From assembly GCA_900315885.1 (NCBI GenBank), contig ONAT01000002.1:28776-92775 (forward strand): a stretch of 64,000 nucleotides of DNA, in the 5' to 3' direction. Positions 36,968 to 45,661 of the stretch are shown here, piece by piece; positions within the stretch are counted from its first letter, which is position 1; each line of letters starts with the position of its first letter. The position numbers and the translations under genes were made by a program. This stretch comes from an uncultured Erysipelotrichaceae bacterium. GTDB lineage: Bacteria; Bacillota_I; Bacilli_A; RFN20; CAG-826. The notes beneath the pieces are model-generated. The model saw only the letters and a list, made by a program, of their open reading frames with translations, was not told the origin of the DNA and did not search any database.

Positions 36968-37626
36968 ATCAATAAGGTTACGATTGTTAACAATAAATCA
37001 AATACAATTGTTAAAATCATAAATATCCATTCATAGGTCGCAAGTAATAATACTTTCGGCCTTTTTAATGTGCTTGTGCCGTTTTCTTCTTGGCGTTCCA
37101 TATACATCCATTTATAAAGCTTTGGATTAATAAATAATAACAAGATAACCACTACTAATATTACACAGATAATGCCTAAGTAAAGAGGATAATCTACAGT
37201 ATTATAAAAGAAAACGTAATTTGCCATTGTGGCGTAAGTAATAAATGTTAAACCAAAATGCGCAATAGATAGAATCATGTGCAATGTTGCATTACGCATC
37301 GTAGTAAAGAACAAACACATCATTATAACTGCATTAACTATCATAACTATTAATAAGAATGACAAGTTCGGTTGAAGCGTTAAATCAAATGCATTAATAG
37401 CAAATAATGATAACGCTAAAGCTAGAAACAAAGCAATGAAGCGCACATTCCAGTTATATTTATAATATAAACCATCTTGCATTTCATAAGGAAACATCGA
37501 ACCCATTAAGAACTTCTCTTTTTTCGCGTCATAATAGTTTGCGCGCCCAACATTAAGCAATATGATAAAAATCACTATTGCAACGATGATGCTAGGTATC
37601 ATAAACTCAATTTTCATCTTTATCAC
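36964..37626 (-). CDS. Integral membrane protein (6-7 TM helices), hypothetical.
   Basis: Hydropathy only. Confidence 0.45.
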   Translation of the reverse strand: MIKMKIEFMIPSIIVAIVIFIILLNVGRANYYDAKKEKFLMGSMFPYEMQDGLYYKYNWNVRFIALFLALALSLFAINAFDLTLQPNLSFLLIVMIVNAVIMMCLFFTTMRNATLHMILSIAHFGLTFITYATMANYVFFYNTVDYPLYLGIICVILVVVILLLFINPKLYKWMYMERQEENGTSTLKRPKVLLLATYEWIFMILTIVFDLLLTIVTLLM

Positions 37627-38206
37627 CTAATTTCCGAATTACTAATACTGAACCTTTTTCAACTTTTAATAATGCGATACGTTGAAATAATTTAATGTTT
37701 TTTAATAATCCTGTTGAAGAATCTAATTTGATATGTGTCATTTTTTCTACTGTGTAATCTAAAGATATCATCGCTTCTAAAAACGGACAAATAGAAATAA
37801 AATTACTATTTCCTTTAGTAATGATATGCGTTCCTTCTTCGAAATATTGAATTGACTCTTCTTCGGTTTCAAACACAATTTTTAAGTGTTTGTATTTTTT
37901 CATTAATAATAAATTGTAAAGATAATTATCAGAGGAAGTTTTAATATTTGATAAAATTGTAATTTCATCAAATCCTTTTTTATACAAGTATTTTATAGCG
38001 TATTCTACATCGTGTTCTTCTTCTTTTATTTCTTCTAAAGTCGAAGGATCAACCGAAGGAATATAACTTGTTTTAAAATAATCATAAAATATATCACTAC
38101 TTTTTATATCACTAAAATTTTTAGAAAGCACGAGTAAAGGATAGCCATCGTATCGCGATAATTGGCTATATTTAGTGTCATCAGTAATGATAATAACTTT
38201 ACGCAT
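37607..38206 (-). CDS. Hypothetical protein at the thiN (thiamine diphosphokinase) position of the conserved rsgA-rpe-thiN operon; family unconfirmed.
   Basis: Synteny with B. subtilis cpgA-rpe-thiN; the canonical TPK GDxDS motif is not evident. Confidence 0.3.
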   Translation of the reverse strand: MRKVIIITDDTKYSQLSRYDGYPLLVLSKNFSDIKSSDIFYDYFKTSYIPSVDPSTLEEIKEEEHDVEYAIKYLYKKGFDEITILSNIKTSSDNYLYNLLLMKKYKHLKIVFETEEESIQYFEEGTHIITKGNSNFISICPFLEAMISLDYTVEKMTHIKLDSSTGLLKNIKLFQRIALLKVEKGSVLVIRKLGDKDEN

Positions 38207-38207
38207 T

Positions 38208-38867
38208 TTATTCTCCTTTTAATAATTTTATTCTTTCTTTAACGTCTTCTTTTCCAAATAAATATGAACCAGCGACTAAAACATCGACACCAGCTTCTAC
38301 ACATTTTCTTCCAGTTTCGTTGTTTATTCCGCCATCAACCTCAATTAAGGTTTTAAGGTGTCTTCTATCAATCTCTTGACGTAAAACTCTGATTTTTTCT
38401 AAAGAATTCTCCATAAAAGATTGTCCACCAAATCCAGGTTCAACAGACATGACTAAAACTAAATCTAACTCATCTAAATATTTTAAAATTTTGTTAACTT
38501 CTGTTTTTGGTTTAATTGATAAGCCAACTTTCGCACCTTTTTCTTTGATTGCTTTAATGACTAATTCAATCTCATCTTCCTTGACTGCTTCATAATGGAA
38601 TGTAACAAGATCTGCTCCAGCATCAACAAATTTTGGCCCATAAAATAATGGGTCAGAAATCATAATATGAATATCGTTAAACATATTATGGGCATTGGAA
38701 ATAGATTTTAAAACAGGGATGCCAAAGGAAATGTTTGGCACAAAATGTCCATCCATAACATCAAAATGAATCCATTCTGCACCTGCTTCTTCCATGTTTT
38801 TTAATTCTTTTCCTAACTCTAAAAAGTTTGCAGATAGCAGCGATGGTGAAACAATAATTTTTCTCAT
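38208..38867 (-). CDS. rpe: Ribulose-phosphate 3-epimerase.
   Basis: VSPSLLSANFLELGKELKNMEEAGAEWIHFDVMDGHFVPNISFG; length 219 aa. Confidence 0.9.
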   Translation of the reverse strand: MRKIIVSPSLLSANFLELGKELKNMEEAGAEWIHFDVMDGHFVPNISFGIPVLKSISNAHNMFNDIHIMISDPLFYGPKFVDAGADLVTFHYEAVKEDEIELVIKAIKEKGAKVGLSIKPKTEVNKILKYLDELDLVLVMSVEPGFGGQSFMENSLEKIRVLRQEIDRRHLKTLIEVDGGINNETGRKCVEAGVDVLVAGSYLFGKEDVKERIKLLKGE

Positions 38868-38868
38868 A

Positions 38869-39729
38869 TTAGTATCGATCCTTTCTAAAAATCAACTCAT
38901 TACTTATCTTTAAGTAATTGTCATATAATTCTTTTGATATATTGCCTTTTGCCACTTCTTCTTTAACCGCACAATCGCGCTCATTTATATGAAGACAGTT
39001 AGCAAATTTGCATTCTTTATATAAATTTTCAAATCCGACGAAGCATTTAGCTAAATCTTCTTTAAAAAACGGCAATTCCAAAGAAGAAAAGCCTGGAGTA
39101 TCGGCAATAAAACCATTTTGATAAGGAATTAAAACTACCTCTTTGGTTTTATGTTTTCCTCGCCCTAAGAATTCGCTATATTCGCCAATTTCTCTTTTTG
39201 ATTCTGGCACTAAAACATTTAATAAACTTGACTTACCCACGCCTGTTTGGCCCATAAGGGCAATTGTTTTATTGTTAAATAAAGTTTTAATTTTTTCTAA
39301 GCCATTTAAAGTTTTTTTAGAATAAGTAATCACTCGAACTCCTACTTTTTCTAAAGCATTAACTTTTTCTTTTAAACTGGCTTCATCATATTTTTTATCA
39401 CTTTTAGTGATAATAACATTAGCTTTAATATCAAAGTAACGGGCATAAGCAATAAATTTATCAATTAATAAAGATGAAAATTCTGGTTCGACAACAGACA
39501 TAACAATAGCAAGTTCATTAACATTTGCTATGCTTGGTCTTATCAAATAATTTTTGCGCTCTTTAATATCACTTATTACATTTTCTTTTTCATCAATAGT
39601 AACAAAATCACCTACTGCAGGTTTAATTTTTTTATGACGAAAAATTCCTCTTGGCTTACAAGTATATACTTTCTTATTTGCCAAGACTTCATAATATCCA
39701 CATTTTGAAGATAATATTATTCCTTCCAT
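38869..39729 (-). CDS. rsgA: Ribosome small-subunit-dependent GTPase A.
   Basis: OB-fold N-terminus; P-loop GQTGVGKSSLLNVL; C-terminal zinc finger CKFANCLHINERDCAV. Confidence 0.88.
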   Translation of the reverse strand: MEGIILSSKCGYYEVLANKKVYTCKPRGIFRHKKIKPAVGDFVTIDEKENVISDIKERKNYLIRPSIANVNELAIVMSVVEPEFSSLLIDKFIAYARYFDIKANVIITKSDKKYDEASLKEKVNALEKVGVRVITYSKKTLNGLEKIKTLFNNKTIALMGQTGVGKSSLLNVLVPESKREIGEYSEFLGRGKHKTKEVVLIPYQNGFIADTPGFSSLELPFFKEDLAKCFVGFENLYKECKFANCLHINERDCAVKEEVAKGNISKELYDNYLKISNELIFRKDRY

Positions 39730-39731
39730 AT

Positions 39732-40613
39732 CTAGTTACCTTTTTTATGGAATAAACGATAGAAGAAACCATGTTGTTCTTTAATCATTTCGGGGTTACG
39801 TAGAATACGTTCAATGTCTTTACGCATTTCTTTTACTGACTTATATCGTTCTGAAGGATTCTTACGCACAGCTTTTAAGATTATACGTTCAATTTCTTTT
39901 GGGGTTGAAGGAATAATCTTACGAGGTGAAGGAAATTTGTCTTTAATGTGACGAATAGCAACACTTACTGGAGTATCGTCTTCAAAAGGAACTTTACCTG
40001 TTACTAATTCAAAGAAAGTAACACCTAAAGAATAAATATCGCTTAAAAAAGATGCTTGTTGTCCTTTAGATATTTCTGGTGCTAAATAATGCACTGAACC
40101 AATAATAGTTTCACTGCGAGTTAGACGTGCAGAATTCTCAAAAGTCGCAATACCAAAGTCTCCAAGTTTAATTGTGCCATCTGCGGTCCAATAAACATTT
40201 TGAGGCTTAATATCACGGTGAATAACTCCGTGTTCATGGGCATGAATAACCGCGGAAGTTAATTGATACATAATATCGCAAGCTTCTAAAGGCGTGAAAT
40301 GGCCTCGAATATCTAAGACATCTCGTAAGTTCTTGCCATTAATGAACTCATTGGCCATATATGGACGACCTTCATATGTTCCTAAGTTAATAACACGTAC
40401 GATATTAGGATGACTTAAAGATGCTGCTGCTCGCGCTTCTCTTTCAAAGCGTGACAAATTAATAGGGTTAGTCATCATATCGCCCTTGATTATTTTAATT
40501 GCTACTTTTTTCTTACTTACAATATCGTAAGCTTCATAGACAATTGACATTCCACCCTCGCCTATTTTTCTTTCAATTCGATATCTTTCATCAATTACAT
40601 CATTGATATTCAT
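39732..40613 (-). CDS. Hanks-type Ser/Thr protein kinase, kinase domain only (PrkC-like, lacking TM and PASTA domains).
   Basis: GEGGMSIVYEAYD, VAIKI, HRDIKPQNV, DFGIA, SVHYLAPE; 293 aa; sits between prpC and rsgA as in B. subtilis. Confidence 0.85.
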   Translation of the reverse strand: MNINDVIDERYRIERKIGEGGMSIVYEAYDIVSKKKVAIKIIKGDMMTNPINLSRFEREARAAASLSHPNIVRVINLGTYEGRPYMANEFINGKNLRDVLDIRGHFTPLEACDIMYQLTSAVIHAHEHGVIHRDIKPQNVYWTADGTIKLGDFGIATFENSARLTRSETIIGSVHYLAPEISKGQQASFLSDIYSLGVTFFELVTGKVPFEDDTPVSVAIRHIKDKFPSPRKIIPSTPKEIERIILKAVRKNPSERYKSVKEMRKDIERILRNPEMIKEQHGFFYRLFHKKGN

Positions 40614-41356
40614 TATTTTTCAACCTCCCAAAGCGCAACGGCAATATTGTCTAATCCTCCGTTACGATTTGCGTTTTTAACTAACATATCGCATTTATCA
40701 TCAACACTATCACTTGTTGTAATGATAGATAGCATTTCTTCTTCACTTAACATCGTATAAAGTCCATCTGTACAAAGAAAAACTTTACATCCATCATAAT
40801 GTATTACATTTATCTCAAAATTTGCGTTTTGAAATAAGCCTAAGGCATTCATTAGAATATGACGTTTTGGATGAACATCCATTTCTTCTAATGTTATTTT
40901 TCCTAAGTGATACAAATAGTTAACATATGAATCGTCTTCAGTTACTTGTTCAATCGTATTGCCATCAATTAAATACGCTCTTGAATCACCGATATTTAAA
41001 ATAAACAAATTATTCTTTCTTATGATTACCACAGTCATGGTCGTTCCCATTTTTTTGCTTAAATCATTTTCTTTAGCGCTTTGAAAAATAATATCATTAG
41101 CCTTTTTTGTCGCCCGAGACAAAAATCTTTTAACATCATTTGAACTAGTAAACGAAGGTTTATTTTTAAATTCGTTTTTCATTACATCAATGGCAATTCT
41201 TGCGGCTATATCACCTTTGACATGTCCACCCATACCATCGCACACAACCAACATTATATCTCCAGTTGCATTAGTTAAAACAAGTGCTTCATCTTCATTG
41301 GTTTTGCGAACTTTTCCAATGTCCGTCTTATAAGAAAATATACCATTACAATTACT
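40613..41356 (-). CDS. prpC: PP2C-family Ser/Thr phosphatase (PrpC/Stp-like).
   Basis: FSYKTDIGKVRKTNEDEA, VVCDGMGGHVKGDIAA, DNIAVALWE. Start assigned to the Met overlapping the rlmN stop (track ORF starts at 41413, inside rlmN). Confidence 0.82.
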   Translation of the reverse strand, partial: SNCNGIFSYKTDIGKVRKTNEDEALVLTNATGDIMLVVCDGMGGHVKGDIAARIAIDVMKNEFKNKPSFTSSNDVKRFLSRATKKANDIIFQSAKENDLSKKMGTTMTVVIIRKNNLFILNIGDSRAYLIDGNTIEQVTEDDSYVNYLYHLGKITLEEMDVHPKRHILMNALGLFQNANFEINVIHYDGCKVFLCTDGLYTMLSEEEMLSIITTSDSVDDKCDMLVKNANRNGGLDNIAVALWEVEK

Positions 41357-42383
41357 CATTTTCTTCATGCTTGGCACGCAATTGACCACACGCAGCATCA
41401 ATGTCAGTGCCAAATTCCTTTCTAATTGTGGCTGTTACCCCCAATTTTGTTAATTTATCTAAAAACTCGTGTACATTATTTGATCTTTGATATCCATTCT
41501 CACTTACTGGATTATATGGAATCAAATTAACATAGGCTAGAGTCCCTTTGATTAGTTTTGCTAATTGCTCTGCATGTTCCATTTTATCATTTACATCTTT
41601 TAAAAGAATGTATTCAAAAGTAACTCTGCGTGAAGCAATACGTTCATATTCACGTACTGCAGGCATAAGTTTATCTAAGGAGTAAGCTCTATTAATCGGC
41701 ATAATTTTAGAACGTATCTCATCGTTTGGAGCGTGTAAAGAAATAGCAAGATTAATTTGTAAGCCCTCATTCGCGTATCTTAAGATTTTATCAGGTATAC
41801 CACATGTTGATACCGTAATATGCCTTGCTCCTATTGCGAAAGCTTTAGGATGATTCATAATACGAACAAAATCTAAAACATTATCATAGTTATCAAAAGG
41901 TTCACCTGTTCCCATCACTACGACATGAGTTACTCGTTGATTTTCACTTGCCAACAAATCGTTCATTACTAAAACTTGTCCCACCATCTCTTCAACATCG
42001 AGATTTCTTTTTCGTTTCAATAATCCAGAAGCGCAAAAAGAACATCCCATATTGCAACCAACTTGACTTGAAACACAAATGACATTTCCATAATTGTATC
42101 GCATTAAAACAGTTTCGACTTTATCATCATGCTTCATATTTAAAAGACATTTAATTGTTCCATCACTACTAACTTGTTTGACATAAATTGTAGGTTTCTT
42201 TAACTCATATTTTTCTTTTAAGACTTCGCGAAATTTTAATGAGATATCTGTCATCTCATCAAAAGTTGTCGCTTTTTTCTCGTAAATCCAAGTATAGAGT
42301 TGTGTCGCACGGAACTTCTTTTGTCCTTCTTGTAACATCAACTCTTCTAATTTATGAATCTCTAAACCATACAAATTAATCAT
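41352..42383 (-). CDS. rlmN: 23S rRNA m2A2503 / tRNA m2A37 methyltransferase, radical SAM.
   Basis: CVSSQVGCNMGCSFCASG (CxxxCxxC) and GEP motif MGTGEPFDN; 343 aa. Confidence 0.88.
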   Translation of the reverse strand: MINLYGLEIHKLEELMLQEGQKKFRATQLYTWIYEKKATTFDEMTDISLKFREVLKEKYELKKPTIYVKQVSSDGTIKCLLNMKHDDKVETVLMRYNYGNVICVSSQVGCNMGCSFCASGLLKRKRNLDVEEMVGQVLVMNDLLASENQRVTHVVVMGTGEPFDNYDNVLDFVRIMNHPKAFAIGARHITVSTCGIPDKILRYANEGLQINLAISLHAPNDEIRSKIMPINRAYSLDKLMPAVREYERIASRRVTFEYILLKDVNDKMEHAEQLAKLIKGTLAYVNLIPYNPVSENGYQRSNNVHEFLDKLTKLGVTATIRKEFGTDIDAACGQLRAKHEENE

Positions 42384-42541
42384 TTTATCACTAGCCTTTT
42401 TATTATTCTAACAAATAATAAAACTATTTAAAAGCATAATTGCATAGTTTTTTTGTTTTTTTTGAATTATTTTATGTGCTTATTTATTTAATGACAAAAA
42501 TAAATTATAATAATTTAGAAGTTATAAGATTGGTGATTTAA

Positions 42542-42763
42542 ATGAAACTAAATGAATTAAAAATTGGTGTTGAAAAAAAGATTATACAAATTGAAGGAAA
42601 AGGCGCATTAAGACATCGCTTGCTCGAAATGGGAATTATTCCTGGCACAATAGTCAAAATAACTAAAATTGCTCCCTTTGGAGATCCCATCCAAATTCAT
42701 ATTCGCAGTTATGAATTATCAATTCGCAAAAATGATGCTGAGTGTATTATTGTGGAGGACTAA
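42542..42763 (+). CDS. feoA: Ferrous iron transport protein A.
   Basis: 73 aa SH3-like FeoA sequence GKGALRHRLLEMGIIPGTIVKI. Confidence 0.8.
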   Translation: MKLNELKIGVEKKIIQIEGKGALRHRLLEMGIIPGTIVKITKIAPFGDPIQIHIRSYELSIRKNDAECIIVED

Positions 42764-42765
42764 AT

Positions 42766-44916
42766 ATGTTAATTGCTCTAGTCGGAAATCAAAATTGTGG
42801 TAAGACCACTCTATTTAACGCTTTAACCGGATCAAATCAACACGTTGGTAACTTTCCAGGTGTCACAATCGATTCTAAAATGGGAGTTATCAAAAATCAA
42901 AAACACGAAATGAAAATTGTCGATTTGCCTGGTATTTATTCCTTATCACCATATTCTAATGAAGAAATTGTTACACGTGATTTCATCATTCAAAATAAAC
43001 CAGATATTATTTTAAATATCATTGACGCTACAAATATTGAACGAAATTTATATTTAACTCTCCAATTAGCGGAACTTGATATACCTATGGTCATTGCACT
43101 TAATATGATGGATGAAGTTAAAAACTCCGGTAACTCAATTGACTTAAATAGTCTTGAAAATAAACTTGGAATTGAAGTGTGTTCCATTTCCGCATCTAAA
43201 AAAGAAGGTATAGATGAATTAGTAGATCATATTATTCGTATTGCCGAAAACTCAATTCAACCAAAAGTTAAAGATATTTGTAATGAAACATCGCCTGTTC
43301 ATCGCGCTATTCACGCAATGATGAACTTAATTCAAGACCACGCAAAAAGAGAAAAATTACCTCTTCGTTATGTTGCAACTAGACTAATTGAAGGCGACGA
43401 AATTCTCGAAAAACAAATCAAATTATCCGATAATGAAATTGATATGCTTGGTCACATTGTTAAAGAAATGGAGACAGATACTAAATTAGACCGCGAAGCC
43501 GCATTAGCAGCTATGCGATATGACTATATCGACAATATTTGTAAAGATACAGTCCATCGATCTAACCCTTATACTAAGGAACAAATTATTTCAAACAAAA
43601 TAGATAAATTATTAACTAATAAATATTTAGCGTTTCCGATATTTTTTATCATCATGGGTCTTGTATTCTATTTGACATTCGGTCTTATTGGCTATCATTT
43701 GTCAAACCTCTTTGAATTAGGCATTGATGCTTTTATTGAAATGGTTAGGAACTTCTTGACTTCCAATGCTATAAATCCAACTGTTGTTTCTTTAGTTTGT
43801 GATGGAGCCTTAGGTGGCGTTGGTTCCGTTCTTTCTTTCATTCCTACAATTGTCACGCTTTTCTTCTTCTTATCGTTGCTAGAAGATAGTGGTTATATGG
43901 CGCGTATTGCCTTCATTATGGATAAGCCTTTAAGGAAACTTGGTTTATCGGGTCGCAGTTTTGTTCCAATGCTCATAGGATTCGGTTGTTCTGTCCCTGC
44001 CGTTATGTCTTCAAGAACATTGACAAGTGATCGTGATAAAAAATTGACAATAATGCTTGTTCCATATATGTCTTGTAGCGCTAAATTACCTGTATTTACA
44101 GTTTTAACTGCCGCATTCTTTGGACAAAAATCCGCACTTGTTATGATAATGTTATATTTGATTGGAATCATTAGTGCGATTATTATTGCTTTCACATGTA
44201 AATTAATTATAAAAAGTAAGCCAACACCATTTATGATGGAACTACCTACTTATCGTATGCCTGGTGCAAAAACTACTCTTTTATTAATGTGGGAAAAAGC
44301 AAAAGATTTTATTAAAAAAGCATTTACAATCATCTTTGTCGCATCTTTAATTATCTGGTTTTTACAAAGCTTCGATTTAAAACTAAATCCAATTACGAAC
44401 AATGAAAACTCCATATTAGCAACTATCGCTCGCTTTATTACTCCTATCTTTACCCCTATAGGCGTTAATGACTGGCGTGTCACTTCCGCTATTATCACAG
44501 GTCTAAGCGCAAAAGAAAGTATTGTCTCAACATTAGAACTCTTAGGAGGAGGTACTTCTAGTTCCTTAATTTCTATGGTTGGCGGAAGTCTAAACGCCAT
44601 TAGTTTATTAGTGTTCATTCTTCTATATATGCCATGTGTTGCCACTTATGCCGCAATAAAGCGCGAGTTAAAATCAAGCAAAACCGCTGTGTTTTATATG
44701 GCAATGCAAACACTGGTAGCGTATGTTTCCGCAACAATTGTCTATCAATTAGGAAGATTAATATCACCAAATGGCATAGATGTTGTAATCATTCTTCTTG
44801 TTATTATGTTATTTGCTGTAGCATTAATCTTTAGTATCAAAAACGGATGTTCAACAAAAGGAACATATTGCAAAAACTGTGATAATCCAACTTGTAAATT
44901 TAAAGAAAAAGAATAA
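42766..44916 (+). CDS. feoB: Ferrous iron transporter B, with a Cys-rich C-terminal tail.
   Basis: G-domain IALVGNQNCGKTTLFNALTG, DLPGIYSL; polytopic membrane domain; C-terminus KNGCSTKGTYCKNCDNPTCKFKE. Start at MLIALVG; the track ORF starts 24 nt upstream. Confidence 0.88.
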   Translation: MLIALVGNQNCGKTTLFNALTGSNQHVGNFPGVTIDSKMGVIKNQKHEMKIVDLPGIYSLSPYSNEEIVTRDFIIQNKPDIILNIIDATNIERNLYLTLQLAELDIPMVIALNMMDEVKNSGNSIDLNSLENKLGIEVCSISASKKEGIDELVDHIIRIAENSIQPKVKDICNETSPVHRAIHAMMNLIQDHAKREKLPLRYVATRLIEGDEILEKQIKLSDNEIDMLGHIVKEMETDTKLDREAALAAMRYDYIDNICKDTVHRSNPYTKEQIISNKIDKLLTNKYLAFPIFFIIMGLVFYLTFGLIGYHLSNLFELGIDAFIEMVRNFLTSNAINPTVVSLVCDGALGGVGSVLSFIPTIVTLFFFLSLLEDSGYMARIAFIMDKPLRKLGLSGRSFVPMLIGFGCSVPAVMSSRTLTSDRDKKLTIMLVPYMSCSAKLPVFTVLTAAFFGQKSALVMIMLYLIGIISAIIIAFTCKLIIKSKPTPFMMELPTYRMPGAKTTLLLMWEKAKDFIKKAFTIIFVASLIIWFLQSFDLKLNPITNNENSILATIARFITPIFTPIGVNDWRVTSAIITGLSAKESIVSTLELLGGGTSSSLISMVGGSLNAISLLVFILLYMPCVATYAAIKRELKSSKTAVFYMAMQTLVAYVSATIVYQLGRLISPNGIDVVIILLVIMLFAVALIFSIKNGCSTKGTYCKNCDNPTCKFKEKE

Positions 44917-44928
44917 TTTTTGTACTTA

Positions 44929-44960
44929 AAAAGGATAAGGAGCAAATCACTTATCCTTTT
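44929..44960. terminator. Bidirectional Rho-independent terminator between feoB and the convergent metal-binding protein gene.
   Basis: AAAAGGATAAG-gagcaaatcac-CTTATCCTTTT hairpin. Confidence 0.6.
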
Positions 44961-44971
44961 AATATACTCAA

Positions 44972-45646
44972 TTAATGTCTATGGTTATGATGTGAACAAC
45001 AATCGTGCTCATCGTCACAATCATCTTCACAACATTCACAATGCTGGTGGTGATGTTCATCAGTTAAACATCTTTCCCCACAAACACATACTTTGCCACA
45101 AGCAGGTGAAGTTCCGTTGCAGCATTCGTGTTGGTGTCCACATTCACACATTTTCTTTTCTGGTTCTTTATTCTTCTTTTTTTCTTGTCCTTTTAATTTG
45201 TCTTCAAAGCCTGCAAAAGCATTTCCTTCAAATAATTCTTCATCAGAGAAATCTTCATCCTCTTCTTCATCATAATCTTCGTCTTCTTCATCAACTTCTT
45301 CACGAGGAAAGAATGGAGCGTATTCATTATTTGATTTTTCATAAGAATGTTTCTCATCAAAATAATAGAATTCAACATGGGCATTTAAGATATAGTCTGT
45401 AAAGCTTTCTAATAAGTATTTAGCAGCAACTGCTTCAAATGCTTCATATTTTTTTGGTGCATGCACTTTAATTAATGTGTGCCATGATGTTTGATCAACT
45501 CCATCATGATAAAGTCTTAAATCACCTGAGTGAAAAAAGATTTCACTTTCTTTTGTTTCAAATATATTTGCGATACCTTTAGTATGCATATGCGAATAAT
45601 CCGCAAGCATATAATGGTTCATTCCAATAACTTCAATAGTAATCAT
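44972..45646 (-). CDS. Protein with a ~110 aa N-terminal globular domain, an acidic D/E linker and a His/Cys-rich C-terminal tail; putative metal-binding protein.
   Basis: Strong RBS AAAGGAGAGAA. Tail CECGHQHECCNGTSPACGKVCVCGERCLTDEHHHQHCECCEDDCDDEHDCCSHHNHRH. Adjacent to feoAB. Confidence 0.55.
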   Translation of the reverse strand: MITIEVIGMNHYMLADYSHMHTKGIANIFETKESEIFFHSGDLRLYHDGVDQTSWHTLIKVHAPKKYEAFEAVAAKYLLESFTDYILNAHVEFYYFDEKHSYEKSNNEYAPFFPREEVDEEDEDYDEEEDEDFSDEELFEGNAFAGFEDKLKGQEKKKNKEPEKKMCECGHQHECCNGTSPACGKVCVCGERCLTDEHHHQHCECCEDDCDDEHDCCSHHNHRH

Positions 45647-45661
45647 AAAATTCTCTCCTTT

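Noticed and set aside
37607-38206. Confident thiN (thiamine diphosphokinase) call
   Set aside because: Only synteny supports it; the GDxDS catalytic motif is not visible, so it is downgraded to a positional hypothesis.
42990-44945. Minus-strand ORFs within feoB (42990..43187, 43893..44195, 44250..44645, 44745..44945) and plus-strand 44634..44834
   Set aside because: Embedded in the well-supported feoB CDS.
44920-45402. Plus-strand 160 aa His-rich ORF 44920..45402, and ORFs 45093..45275 and 45193..45384
   Set aside because: Mirror-image frames of the minus-strand 224 aa gene, which has a strong RBS, a globular N-domain and a characteristic acidic plus Cys/His tail. Composition-driven artefacts.
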